Positions 25,083 through 38,959 of a stretch of 64,000 nt of DNA are shown in pieces. This stretch comes from Heteronotia binoei (lineage: Eukaryota). Where the stretch lies: positions 50,902,001-50,966,000 of the forward strand of contig NC_083228.1 in the NCBI RefSeq assembly GCF_032191835.1, written 5' to 3'. The first letter of the stretch is position 1. Each line of letters opens with the position of its first letter. The notes under the pieces are model-generated. The model saw only the letters and a list, made by a program, of their open reading frames with translations, ran no database searches and was not told the DNA's origin. The translations under genes and the position numbers were made by a program.

Positions 25083-25326
25083 TTGTTGTTAGGTCGCACA
25101 GTCGAGTCTGACACTTTGCAACCCCGTGGACCAAGTCACGACAGGCCCTCCTGTCTTCCACCATCCTCCAAAGTCCACTCAAGTTCATATTAGTTACATC
25201 AGTAATGCTGTCCAGCCACCTCATCTTTTGCCGTCCCTCTTCTTTTGCCTTCTGTCTTTCCCAGCATCCAGTGAGTGCTGCCTTCTCATTTGGTGAATAA
25301 AGTATTTGAGCTTCAGCTTCAGTATC
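25083..25326 (-). mobile_element. RTE-BovB LINE 3' fragment
   Basis: Minus strand KLKLKY...RWLDSITDVTNMNLSGLWRMVEDRRACRDLVHGVAKCQTRL; (CAA)n tail; 13-bp TSD tgaggcttgaatg/tgaggcttcaatg. Confidence 0.85.
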
Positions 25327-25814
25327 TGAGGCTTCAATGCTAAACCCTAAATACTCATTTTAACTGGAAACCCAGTCTTGACTACCTTGTTTCTTATGTA
25401 TGCCATTGGAGACCACTGCAAATTCCACAGTCAGTGTAATAGGATTCATTTCAGTTCTAGCATTTTTTTTCTTATGAATAAGTCCTCGGTTTTAAAGTCT
25501 GGTGATCTCATTGGTTTTTTGTAAACAAAGGTTCAAATAGAGTACACTCAAACAAGCCATCTTTTCCCCATATGGTAAAACCCACCAATTTCTGTGTTAC
25601 CAGATTTCAGTATACTGTAACCATTAAAAAAAAATCCTGGCTGTTCAATACTAGTTGGAAGATTGAACTTCAAGAAAATGCATACATTTTCAACATATTT
25701 ATTTTAACCTCATTTTTTTAGACATAGTACATAATTTTTGTGTTAATGCAGAATGTCAGGGTTTTTTGTGTTTGGGTAAGCTACCTTCAATCAGGGCATC
25801 AGAAGGTACTAGTC

Positions 25815-26111
25815 CAGGGGTGGCCAGACTGTGACTTAGGAGCCACATGTGGCTCCTTCACACATATAGTGTGGCTCTTGAAGCCCCCACTGACCTGTTG
25901 GCCAGCTTGGAGTAGGCATTTATCTCTTTCAATCATTTCTCCAAATCAAGTTTGCCAGCAGCTTGGAGAATGCATGTAAAGTTAAAGTTGCTTTCTTTCT
26001 ACCTCTCTCTCCCCATCTATTTCCTTCCTTTCCTTCCTCTGTCTTGCAGCTCTCGAACATCTGACATTTATTCTATTTGGCTCTTATGTTGAGCAAGTTT
26101 GGCCACCCCTC
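25815..26111. mobile_element. hAT-type MITE (CAGGGGTGGCCAAAC family)
   Basis: Collinear with 16733..17029; TSD tactagtc/tgctagtc. Confidence 0.8.
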
Positions 26112-28186
26112 TGCTAGTCTTTCCTGTACTGTGATGAAGATATGGCCATACTGATTATGAGGTTATTTCCATAGATCAACCAACACAGATGTCATTCAAC
26201 AGCCAGTTTTCTCAGGCATAAAATAAGTAAACTGAGGTAAAGGTGTTTGCCTAAGCTTGAAGAGATGACACTTCTTATAAAGAAATGATAGATAATCCCA
26301 GCCGTACTCCTATTAGTCGATCCCTATCATGACACGTCTGCTGATTTTATGTTATCAGAACAGCCCCTTTGTTGGGCCAGTTTCATGCAAAGCAATCTGA
26401 AGTGCTGAAAAACCAATCTTATATTTACTAAAGCTATCAGTCTTCAGAAGAGACAGAATGTTTCACTTCTCAGTTTATTTTTAAAGCTGTATTTTACAAG
26501 TAATAATAGTAGCAATGTCTTCCATGGAACAAGTGTGCTGTTGTTCTACATCTTCTTTCCTCCTATGGATTTTTCAATATTTATTTCTGAGCACATCCAG
26601 AATTTAAAGAAATAAAAGAAAAATGCCCATATCTAGCAGTTAGTTAATTAATCTCTGTATTGTGTGGTCAACTAATATTTTCAGTGATACGGTCAGTTAA
26701 ATCAGTTATTACAACTTGTATAAATACTCAGTTAACAGCATTCCTTTATCATCCAGGATGTGATGTCAAAGGATACTTTTTTTAAAAAAAAAATCCAGTC
26801 TTTCAGCAATATGCCCTTTATCCCAACAAGAAAGAGGGTAGTCAAATCTGCTGAATGGCTTTGTACAGTAGCCAAAATAAGAGCAATAATGTCTTCAATA
26901 AAACAAAATTATCTACTAACTTTTATTAAGAATAATTTAAATAACACAACTCTGCAATCTTCCTTAGTGGTCCCCCATCCAAGTACTGACTGTACTTAGC
27001 TTCCAAGATATGATGAGATCAGGTGACATGGTTCCATTCCACCTCCCTGGAGCAATAAGGATTCCTTATTTGAAACAAATACAGGTACTCGAGTGAACTT
27101 GTTTGTTTACTTGGCAGAGACTGGATTTTGTGAGGAGTAAGAGAAGATAATTCACTATAGCACTTGCATTCATATGTCCTTATTCACATGCCAGAGGGGG
27201 CATGAAGCATAGAGAAGCACATTGTTATAAGAAATGTCCAGTGTTTGTGCCTGCTAACATCTGCCTTAGCATGATATCTAAAAGTGGCCCTTATGCTCTT
27301 CCTTTCATCTCCAGTATCTTTCTGAAAATATTATTTTCATAACTGCTGTAAAGGGGGAGGTAGATTCCCTCCTCTTACCAGTGCTGAACCAATATCCATT
27401 GGCAATACAATTGTTTCAGCCCCTGCTAAATATGAATTTGTTCTTTCTTTCCTATCATCACAGTGTTAACAAAGACTGCTCTGTACCAAGCAAAAACTAG
27501 ACCATGGATCTCTCTGTTTTCTTCTATACAGTGTGCTAATGCCCATAAAGTCACTGATCTGTGTTTCTTCAGGCAAGTGGACAGAATTTGAAGACCTTTG
27601 GTTTTTCCCCAATAATTTAGCTTTCCTAATTACTGTCCTCTGTATCTAGGCAACCGTAGCAGTCATGCTTATGAATAAACCAAATAAATATATCCACATG
27701 ACAACCAAAACCAATAAAGCAGAAGAGAATTCTCTTTGGAGGAAAAAAATCAGCTGTTAAAAGTTTGCATATGTTACTATGTAATTACCTATGTGTTAAT
27801 TTATACGGCATTCTGGAAAATGTTAATGTAATATTTATGCTAAATGATAGTGATACTCAGGTTCTTTAAAGACTGGATTTGGCATTTCAGTTGAAATGAA
27901 AGGCAGGTGCTGTTTAAATTACCTTTCATGCATCTTGAGTACTTTCCTGTTTTTCTTAAAGGCATCTTGTTGCCTTCATTCTCCTCAGGATTTCATTCTC
28001 TTGGACTGCCTTTAAACGGGAAAACCTGACATGCTTCTTATCAAACTAGCTATCACATTTTATGTAATTTAGCACTGCCTAACAAAGATGCCAGCCTTGG
28101 TAAATTCCTTTGTTTCTTGTGGTAATAACACACATTTAATCTCCTGTTAACTTGCTTCTGGTTTCTAATTGTAAGAAAGCCGAAGC

Positions 28187-28192
28187 AATAAA
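28187..28192 (+). terminator. Candidate ADAM12 polyadenylation signal AATAAA
   Basis: Canonical hexamer followed by T/GT-rich sequence; other AATAAA hexamers occur near 27675-27720. Confidence 0.35.
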
Positions 28193-31100
28193 GTAATACT
28201 ATTTTAGATCTGTAATGTTCTTTCAAGAAATAGCCTGAACATTTCCTATTGCCTCATCTCATCAGGCTCTTTAGTCTTATGATAGCCTTGAGAATGAGAT
28301 GTGAAGGTCCCCTGTTCATGTGTCAGTCTTCACTGGATTCCATGTCATGAGCCATGCATAGAAAAGAGGCCAGATTAGTGTTGATCAGAGACATATCACA
28401 CTGCATATCTGCCCATGTTGGCACCTCACACTGCAGTGGAAGATTCACAATTCCATTCCATTTTCCTGTACAAACAAGGGAGGGTATCTTTATTTACTGC
28501 TTGTTTCCATTTACTGCCCATAGGTCCCTAGATAATACACCTTGTTGTGTAACTGTTCTTGGATATGGGCAATTGATTCTAATGTTGTTATACATATTAA
28601 AACTGGTGTTTATTCAACACTTTAAACAATCTCTATGTTTAAACAAGCATATAAGATAAACCATTCCATCAAAATATATGTTCAAAACCATTGCTCATGG
28701 AAAAAACACAGAAAGGAAAAAAAATCACAAATATTTCCAAAGAATAGAGAGCAACAAATTATCAATAAATTTAAAAACTCAACTCATTCTAGATTATGAT
28801 AGAAATCTATCAACCATTTCAGTTTTAAACCTGGGCAACTAAAGCTGAGCTATGGCTACCCAAGAGCTGAGAAAAGAATGCAGAGGCTGCCAAGAAGGGT
28901 GGAAGGCTGTTGGAAGAGGTAGACTTATTACTTCCATCAAGGCTTACACCTCAGACTATTTACGAGGCTCACAGCTCACACAATTTATGAGGCTCACACC
29001 TCTCACAATTTACCTATCCTATACTGGCTATTTCAAGGTGAAAACCAATAGCCAACCACAAGCATCACCACGCAATACTCTTGTCCACTTTCCTAAAACA
29101 TGGGTTGGTTGCTACATTGAGCTACACTGCTCAGAAAAGCCACAGGCAGCATGACGAAGAGTCACATGTGGCTCCCAAGCCACTGACAATCACTGTTTTA
29201 AAACATGAACATTAAAAAGTAACACCATAAAAACCTAACTGGATATGTATAATAAAAAAGCATATATTGTATAACTTAAAGTTGTGGGTTGGATACTATG
29301 TGAAGAAGCATTTTCCCCACATTCTGTTTCCCCCAGCAGCTCTCTGTGATCCCCAAAAGTGCAATATTAGTGTTAGGCCCTCATGGACAAAACACCATGG
29401 GAAATGGGAGCTGTAGTAAGGAGTAGAAATTGGGCAAAAGCTTCTGCTCTGAAGAAATCAACAAAGGAAACTATTTGCAAGCAGAACAGATTGGTGGGAT
29501 GTAGTATTGCCTAATTCCTACTACTACTTGTAGACATCATACTGCATGACATTTTATCCACAATGGCCCTGCCAACCTCTGACATCACCTTTTCAGGGAT
29601 TATGGGGCTGAGAGGAGAAGCAGGGGCAAGGAAACCCACTCTGCACATTTGTAGGATCCAACCACAACAGAATATATCTGCAGAGTGTAGTCATACACCT
29701 TTTAAATAAGGTTACTTTAAAGCTGAACATTACAATCTAATATTTGTGTTTATTATCCCTTGACAAATATTAGATTTTCCCTGGATTTCATGGGAGCTTG
29801 CATTTGCAGTTTCAGTGCAGAACATTCGAAATTGCAGGGAATACTATTAAACCTTTGATAGTAACGTCAACAACGGTAACTTCATATTGTGGAATCAGTA
29901 AAGGTAAGCATGTTAAAGATGTCGAAATGTCATCAAACAGCTGCAATTGTCCTTTCCTAAAATTTGCACTATGTAGAAGTACCTTTGAAATAAATGAGAG
30001 CTGTACATGTTAACTAGCTGTAGGTTTACAGTATGCATGCTTATACCTCATGGAACCCAAAATCATGCTCTGGAATCTTTAGGACTCATTGTTTCTACAG
30101 GATCTTAATAGTTTCCTAAGCATACTTCAGTGGAAGTAATGACTGATCTATACATTTGTTTTTCATCTCAGTATTTGCTGCTCAATATTTCTCAAACAAG
30201 TGAACTGTCTCTACCAAAAAGTATTTTATTTGAATTGACATTCTGTGATCAGAAAACTATACCCAGAACAGCTGATATGTATGCACGTCATTACTTGATG
30301 CTAGTCAACGTATAATGAGTATGCATATTGATGCAACCTTCATTCTATTGAAAACAGTGCAATTTATTGACATGTGGTAAACATGCTAGATTTAATTTTA
30401 TTTGGGCTATATCACCTAGATCCATAGATTCATATGCTCTATGATGCATGCCAAAGGATCTCAGTTCTTTTTAACAGACAGATCACCTCTTCATGCACAT
30501 TCCACATTCTTTTGTGGATATTTCTTTGCCTGCTCCATTGAAATAAATAGGGAAGTCATTTAATATCAGGGAACTAGCATGTTTTGTAGACTTTTGGACT
30601 GTGGATTCATGTGACATAAACCTTAATAATATGAACAGCATAACCTAGTTCCAAAACCACAAAATTTTAGCCGATTTGACTGCAGTCGCTTGGATCCTGC
30701 CATAATCTCTGATTTTTGTCAGTAGAGCAGAATTTACCCAACTCCCTCCCAAGCTCAAAATGCCCCCCAAAGTGCTGAAATGAAGGCCAGCAGACTCCTC
30801 CGCCCAAAAAAACCCAGCATGATAGAGAAGCTGGAGATCTGCAATAGGAAGAGGAATCAGTGAAAATCATTCATCCTCCAGTTTGCAGAAATCCTCCACT
30901 TTAACCAAGCCATCCAGCATTGTTATCATAGAGCAAGGCAGAGATAAGAAATAAAAGATTAAAAAATACTTCTAGAAGTGATGTTAAAGCCAAAGGTAAA
31001 TGTTGTGATATTAGGTTAACAGCTCAGAAATCTCTCAATGAAGGAAAAAAATCCTTCTCATAGTGGAGGGGGGAGTCATGGCCGCACAAGGATTCTACAG

Positions 31101-31493
31101 TCTCTGGAAAACCACAATCTATAATCTGTAAACATATATAAAACTGGAGCAAAACACCTCGTTAAACCCATCTGTATACTGAAACAACAGATAATTTAGT
31201 AAACAAGACTGCTTATTGTTTTAAAATGTCCACGTACAATCCACTAGCAAATTGCACTTAAGATAATTACAACTTTCTGCTTTCAAATAAAATCCTTGTG
31301 ATGATCTTTTGCTTTTATTCCCACAAGTTTTCATGAGGGTAAAGAAACCTGGTGCCAGAGAATCAGCATCACAGAATACTGGGTCAGAAGGAACTATAAA
31401 CCTTCTAGTTCAGTCCCCTATTCTGAGGCTTAAATCAATTAAACAAAATCCAGGCCAGTATATCTCAGTAGTGGAAAATAGCCACACCTCATA

Positions 31494-31558
31494 GCAAGCA
31501 AGCAAGCAAGAAAGAAAGAAAGAAAAAGAAAGACAGACAGACAGACAGACAGACAGAC
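31494..31558 (+). repeat. Compound tetranucleotide microsatellite (GCAA)n(GAAA)n(GACA)n
   Basis: Directly visible. Confidence 0.9.
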
Positions 31559-31864
31559 AATGTAGGAGATGGGAACTGGCAAATGGTCTCCTCTATGCTG
31601 AGGAGCCCTTGCAGAAAAACTACCTTAAGATCTAACCCATTCATTTTAGTGTAATAAGCATTATTATGAACTATGACCAGTTTTTGTAACATACATACCA
31701 CCCTGAACCATTATCAGAATACTACAGAACAGATTTTGAATGATCTTTAAATAGACCAGATTCTTTTTAAATTGCCAGTATTTTTTTCTCAGAGATGTGA
31801 AAGTTTTCTACATGCTTAGCAATTTATATACAATTTACATATCAATCTACACACTTAGCAATTA

Positions 31865-32130
31865 GAGAGCCAGTTTGGTGTAGTGGTTAAGTGTGTAGAC
31901 TCTTATCTGGGAGAACCAGGTTTGATTCCCCATTCCTCCACTTGCATCTGCTGGAATGTCCTTCGGTCAGCCATAGCTTTCACAAGAGTTGTCCTTGAAA
32001 GGGCAGCTTCTGTGAGAGCTCTCTCAGCCCCACCCACCTCACAGAGTGTCTGTTGTGGGGAGGAAAGATAAAGGAGACTGTAAGCCGCTCTGAGACTCTG
32101 ATTCAGAGAGAAGGGCGGAGTATAAATCTA
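31865..32130 (+). mobile_element. tRNA-derived SINE (Squam3/MIR-like)
   Basis: Collinear with 13392..13658. Confidence 0.85.
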
Positions 32131-32384
32131 CAGTTGCCAATTTTATAAGAGGTCCCCCCCCCGCAATCATAATGCATTATCTCAGAGGGTGCTATTCCTA
32201 GATGGCTCTGAGGTTCCTTACATAACCAAATTTGTATGAGGTTGTTTCAAAAATGATTATCCTGGACTGATGTAGCCTTAAGTGACTAAGTCAATGGGCT
32301 ATGTTTCAGGAAGTTCTTAGTTCAGATGCTGCCTATACCATGAGCTTAAACATACAAGGATCATGGTGATAAAACTGAACAAAC

Positions 32385-35177
32385 AACAACCACATAGTGT
32401 AAAATATACTATATAATTAAACTATTATAAATAATCAATATGTGCAAACAAAATGATCCAAAATATCAACATTCACAAAAAAATGAATTTTACAATATGT
32501 TTAGAAGCAAGATTTCATCAACTCTGTTTCCACCATGTATAATAATATTCATATCAGCATTAGGCTTCCATTTAACTCAAACTAAGTAAGTCTATATAAT
32601 AGACATTTCCATCTTGCTTTTTAAAGGTGACTCCCAAATGTAATTCAATGGATGACCAACTATCATTCTGTTTCAAAATGTCTTTGTCAAGAATCACTCC
32701 TCTGAGTTGTACTGTGAAAAATCTATCAAATACTACTAGTTGTACAGTCCATTGAAAAATATTCATATCATGCAGGGATGAACATTATCCACACAAAATC
32801 AAGTTAATCACTTACCAAACTTCTTTCGTATGGCTGTAATTAGTCACATTGTCACTTTTAAGCGGACAGTCATTCAGATCAGATCAGATTTTGCAGTTAG
32901 AATGCAAATCTCAATAATACTTTTACATACTTTCCAATTCCATTAGCAATAAAGCATTCTCTAACTACTATGTCTGGTCCTCTACATTCCGATCATATAC
33001 TAATACACCACACTAGGAAGTTAGAGACATTTTAGAGAAAGTTCTGGACTCATGGATGAGTCCAACTTATTTTTGATGGACATAATTGACATCATCTTAG
33101 ATTAAAAACTACCTCAGCTATAAGGATCAATTCTATTTTCAAATAAAGCTGATAGCAATGGAGAGCCCAGCTGCCCTTAGCTTTGCAAAATTTTTTAATT
33201 ATGGCTTTTGAAGAACAAACTATTTGTAATCCCAATTGTAATCCTTACCATCGGGAAATACTTTATTATAAGTGCTTTATAGATCCCCCCGTAGGATCAA
33301 TTTAATTAAAGAGTTTATAGAGTGGACTAATACCCTTCATGAAAGCATCAAAATTGTGAGAGAGTATAACATCAAATCTATTTCTTTCTGGATACCAACA
33401 TATACAAAGAAGTTAATGATAACACAACTTTCACTTCATTTAGAAAACCCATGAACCAGAATACCTTCATTTTCAGCCTTTCCATCCTGGACATCTGCTC
33501 AGAAATTTGCCCTATGGGCAATTTCTAAGAATCAAGCATAACGCTACAGATATGAAGAATTTAATCCAGTATACTATATTATTAGAAAATCAATTTAAGA
33601 ACAGAGGATACCCGGAGGATGTAATTCTGAATACACACTCACACAAAAAAAGAACTAACTATGGGCAGGAGTTTACTATTGAGGGATAAAGAGCACATTT
33701 AACATAACAGGTTAACCTTCAGTTTACAATGTTCCACACTGGCAGAACCCAACAAGAAAATCATTTTACATCACTGGCATTTATTATCTGAGATACCAGG
33801 ATGTGAGAGTAAACCTTTTGTATTTAAGAGACAGCCTAGTGAGCTCGGATATGAGACATAATATAAATTCTGAAGAAAAGATCACAGGACACTTCAAATA
33901 TGGACATTATGCCATCTGTGGGCTGGTAATGGAGTTCAAACTGGAGACCCAGTTTGGTGTAGTGGTTAAGTGCGTGGACTCTTATCTGGGAGAACTGGGT
34001 TTGATTCCCCACTCCTCCACTTGCACCTGCTGGAATGGCCTTGGGTCAGCCATAGCTTTCACAGGACTTGTCCTTGAAAGGGCAGCTGCTGTAAAAAGTT
34101 CTCTCGGTCCCACCTACCTCACAGGGTGTCTGTTGTGGCAGGGGGGAGGTAGAGGAGATTGTAACCGCTCTGAGACTCTGAGATTCAGAGTTTAGGGCGG
34201 GATATAAATCCAATATCTTCTTCTTCAAATAATTTATGCACTCTATAAGTGGTGCTGTAAACTTTAAATATTTTATTAACTGCAACACAAAAAAGTTATT
34301 TATTTAATATAGTGTATTTGTAACCTCTTGTACATAGGAAGTAGTAAGAGAGCAATAAAAACAAGAATTCTTAAACCCTGATCAAAGATTAAACACAAAA
34401 TTACAGATACACTTCAGGTTACACTCTTTATAGATAAACAATATGTGGGAGATGATTTGAGATTTTGTGTTTTATACAAATTTACTCCACATCCATTTAA
34501 TCCTGTGAACTGCTCTATAATACTGCTACAACAGGAGGCATGATTCATATATAGATTTCAAATTTTAGAACCATCAGGTTTGAACCAGAATATGGACTAT
34601 TATTGTTTTATATAATTATAATATGTACCTTTAGCCAAAAGTGTTATTCAGTAGAATGGAAAGTATGCATGTTTAAGTATTATGGTGATTTGTGTTCCAA
34701 CTGCTGATCTGAAAGACTGTCTACTTAAAAGTCACAATATGACTATAGCCATACGAAAGAACTTTGGTAAGTGATTAACTTGATTTTTTGTGGATAACGT
34801 TCATCCCTGCATGATATGAATATTTTAATGGACTGTACAACTAGTAGTATTTGAAACATTTTGAAACAGAATGATGATCAGCCATCCATTGAGTCACAGC
34901 TGGGAGTCACCTTTAAAGAGCAACACTGAAATATCTACTATATAGACTTATTTAGTTTGTGTTGAATGCAAGCTTAAAGCTAATACGAATATTTATTATA
35001 CATGGAAACAGAATTGACAAAAATTGTGTTTCTAAACATACTGTGAAATTCAAAATGTTTGTGAATGTTGATATTTTGGATCATTTTCTATATTTCTAAT
35101 ACTTAGTATGTTTGCAAATAGTACTGATTATTTGTAATAGGTTAATTATATAGTATATTTTACACAGTGTGGTTGTA
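32385..35177 (+). mobile_element. Decayed Penelope-like element with ~450-bp inverted arms
   Basis: 32385..32860 is the reverse complement of 34727..35177; internal RT remnants (FEEQTICNP...YYKCFID; PYGQFLRIKHN...RGYP) collinear with 44660..45380. Confidence 0.8.
33944..34226 (+). mobile_element. tRNA-derived SINE nested in the Penelope-like element
   Basis: Collinear with 13392..13658. Confidence 0.85.
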
Positions 35178-36349
35178 ATCTCAACAGAAAAGCCACTCAC
35201 TCTTTCAAAAGGATGAATACAAAATGTTAAACTTATGTGGGTGATCTGTGCAAGTTCCATTCACTGACATCTATGAGACATTTCCAAATAAATGCTTAGA
35301 GTTGTGGTGACAGACTGGTAATTGCAGACCATCTACATAAACCTCTGTATTAGCTTTATGAATTATAGCTTTATAATGCTATCAGTTATGTTTGTGTTTG
35401 CTAAACTTTTTGCCACATAATGCACTGTGTAAGTTTATTTTACTTTTGTACACATCTCCAAAAATTATTGCAGTACCTTGTTAAAGATTAATACGAACAT
35501 ATGTTGCAATAGCCAGACTGCCTATTCATTGTGAAATATTCTGTATTAAATAAACAGTAAACATGATGTTAGTTGTGTACCATGTTGTGTTTTCTGTAAT
35601 TAAATGGAATAATTTCTTCAAAAAATAAAACAGTGATTACTTTATTGAGCAAAAGTGGGGTATCTTATTTTATACAATAATTACTTGAATATACTGAATA
35701 CTTTCTAAATGCCACTAAAATTTGTTTTTAAATTACCTGGGGCTCCCAGAACCCCAGGTAATGTGCACACAAACAAAAATCCAGGCAGGCTAACTATATA
35801 CATTATTCAACCTGAATGGCATGCAGGTTAAGGAAATGTGCAAAATGTTGATTAAGGAATTGTGTTATTATGGAAGCTAACTAGTCCTAGATTGAGGACA
35901 GGAAATATTTAGGTAACTGATATATCAGATGGGGCAAGTGGAAAATTACTAAGTATTAGTGTAAGAATATAGTAAGTAAAACGGGGCGGGGGGGGGAGAG
36001 ACTTGAAACAAAAACAGTTTGCTAGCCTTGGACTGGTCTGAAGATATTTTCTCTGGGCTAGCCTGGCTTCTTATTGCCAGTGTCACAGGTAGGGAACTTG
36101 AGACTGAGCTGCCCAACTTTGGGTGACTGGTTTCCTTTTAGGGTAGGTAGTGGGAATGGATGCATGGGTTTCTGCAACTGAGTATGAGATATGTATAGGT
36201 ATTTCTGTCATCCATCTGATGTAATGTGCAGAGCCTGAAACATCGCCACCAGTATTATAGTGACTCATAGGTATGGAATGTATGGCAGAAGAACAATGGA
36301 AAGAGAGACATAAAAGTGCAATTCCTCTGGCCCAATCTAAGGAAGGCGA

Positions 36350-36700
36350 AGTTCCCTGTTTGACCCATTACAACTTGACTTTGCAGAATGTCAGGTTTGT
36401 TAATAACAAAGTTTCTGACATTCTTGATCTATATGTACATAAGCATATAAACCTGGTTTATATGACCAAAATTTGGCAGGATTAAACAGCCGCACCAATT
36501 TTATCTCCACTAATTCAGTTGGGTTTGTAGTTATTATTCAACCCTAACTAGGAGCATGGGGAGAAGGGTAGTGATGAACCTCTGGGAGTTTCTTTTGTAT
36601 ATTCCCAGAACAAATAGCCAGTTTTAATTGTATTAGCTTGTTTTAGGTTCCAGGTACAGGTTAGGATTTCTGTTGGCTTCCTGTCTTGCTTATTAGTAGG
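36350..36700 (+). mobile_element. Ancient L2/CR1-type APE endonuclease remnant
   Basis: LTLQNVRFVNNKVSDILDL...INLVYMTKIW resembles the LLNARS-NK...DL..ITETW start of LINE endonucleases. Confidence 0.45.
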
Positions 36701-37082
36701 TGTCCTCTATAAAGTCAATGATGTCTCATATTTGTACTGAGAATCCCCAAGAGGTGGTTCTGGAAAACTTCCATATCCATGCCAAGGTAAATTTTGTTAG
36801 GACATAACAAAGCATCCATGGGACTGTCCTACATCATACTGGACCCAACAGATTAGCTACTTTTTGTCATTAGCAAATTTATACTAATCTCATGAGCAGG
36901 GTGGAATTAAACCCTGTATTATATTATTGGTCAAATGTTATTATGTCATGGTCAGATCATTATCTACTTGGTCGGATTTATCCTCTTTTCCCTGTAATGA
37001 TGGGAACTGGTTAAGATGGTCCTCTCCCAGATACTAAAATACTCCCAGATACTAGAATTCCAGATTCCAGAATACTCTAGAG

Positions 37083-37933
37083 CAGGGGTGTCAAACACCC
37101 GGCCCGCGGAGAGGATCCAGCCCACCCAAGGCTTTGATCAGGCCCCTGGCTCTTTTCTCCCCCTCCTGTCCTTACCCTTTGAAGCTACCAGGCTCTTTTA
37201 GCTCTCAGGCTCTTTGAAGCTTCCAGGCTGAGACTCTATCCTTTCAGCCTGGGAGCTTCAAAGGCTTTCTGAAGCGCCCTTTGAAGCTTGCAGGCTGAGT
37301 CCCAGTTTCTTCCTGCCTTTCTTTGCTGGCTGCTGCAAGGAAAACGTGGGGTGGATTTTAAGATACATTCCACATTTTCTTTGCAGCTTTTTCTGTATTC
37401 TGCAATAGTTTCAAATGGAGTGGAGATGTTTACATTTTCAGCTTTTTTATAGCTAGCTGAAACTCATGCTTCCTGGAGTTGTGTCCTTGCAAACAAGGGT
37501 TGATGCTTTCAGCCAGCGCATCTCTCCTGAATGGACCTAACCTAGTGAGTACTCTAATATGGGAACCCACAGCCAAAGGGGGATATTATACTGGAAAGGC
37601 TTTGCCAATCTTAGTAGACTGGTGGGGAGAAGTTTACAATGCCATTTCATTGTTTCCACAGAGAGCCTTGTGCTTTTTCTTGACGTTTTATTTTAAAAAT
37701 GGCATTGCCAAATTCCACTAGTCCCCCACCTTTCCAACTTAAAACCATTGGAAGAGTTTTAAGCATCTTTGTATTTTAAGTTTTAAAAAATATCTTTAAT
37801 TGTGTTTGTCTGTGTCCATTATAAAGTTTATATCTCCACTACCTGACATATTTTATGACACTCATGGCCCGGCCCCACAAAGTCCCATCTGTGTCAGATC
37901 CGGCCCTCCTAACAAATGAGTTTGACACCTCTG
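37083..37933. mobile_element. hAT-type non-autonomous element (CAGGGGTGTCAAAC family)
   Basis: TIR caggggtgtcaaac ... gtttgacacctctg; perfect TSD ctctagag. Confidence 0.88.
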
Positions 37934-38469
37934 CTCTAGAGTACTTACACAGCCATCCTAAGCAACTTTCCACTGAATAAATTCATTCACTTCAGTGGCT
38001 TAGAAGGGTGTTCTCTGCTTAGATGAGCACACATAGGGGATTTTAATGGTGACTCTGTTTATGCCCTGGTTTACTAGGACATTAGAAGAAATTAAATGAA
38101 AATTGGGGGGGAAGCACTAAGTCACACAAAACACACCACAGAACCCATTTGCAGGCCTATGAAATAGAAGTGATTGTGGCAGAAAAGGTTTTATGGCATT
38201 AGCTAAATTTTTAAGGCATTTCATGGTCTGTTGAAAATTTGATCTGATCCTATTGTAGAAGATTATTCAGTGCAATGCTCTAACACTTGCAAAATTCGTA
38301 GCAGATAAAGTCTCTTAGTATTTGACTTAGATTCTGGTTTGCCTACAAATCAGTTGTCAGACATTACAACAGAAGTACTTGCTTGTCAGTTTTCTATGGA
38401 TAATGTCATATTGTTCTCCCTGGAATTGAGAAGGCCATGACTAACAAATTAGATCCTTGCTGATCCTGG

Positions 38470-38475
38470 TTTATT
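38470..38475 (-). terminator. Candidate FANK1 polyadenylation signal
   Basis: Minus-strand AATAAA about 490 nt after the read-through stop codon. Confidence 0.35.
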
Positions 38476-38959
38476 TTACTTCTCAGGGACAAATTAACAG
38501 TTCTGCTTGCCAGAATGATAGGTTTTTGCCCAGTTGAAAGAAACTTCTTGATTGTATGGAAAGAAACATTTTAAGGCTTCTGAAAAAGCCAGTTCTGTCT
38601 CACTTACCCTTAAATATAGGGGGAAACCTAATTACAAGGGCTAAGCTGTATTAGCCTTAGGAAGGTCAGGTCACCCTGGAAATCCATTTTTTCTCAATTC
38701 TCTATCTACCCTGTCCTTGCTCTAGAAGAACTTCTTGCACTGTACTTAGACATCACACACAAAAAGGCATAGAGTTGTGAAATAATGTTGGCAAGATACC
38801 TAGGTAGATTTAAACTCCAGAGATTTAAACAGAGAATATGCTGGATATGTAGAGCTAACATTTTAATGAAATTATCCAAGATCTATAACAGTCAAAAAAG
38901 TAAGCAGGAAAGCAACCCGAATGTAGTCCTCTGATCATCCTGATCAGAAGGTGAGGGCT

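Larger units (their letters stand above)
23738..28210 (+). other. ADAM12: Probable ADAM12 3' UTR (end uncertain)
   Basis: Mostly unique AT-rich sequence after the stop codon; candidate AATAAA at 28187-28192; mammalian ADAM12-L also has a multi-kb UTR. Confidence 0.5.
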
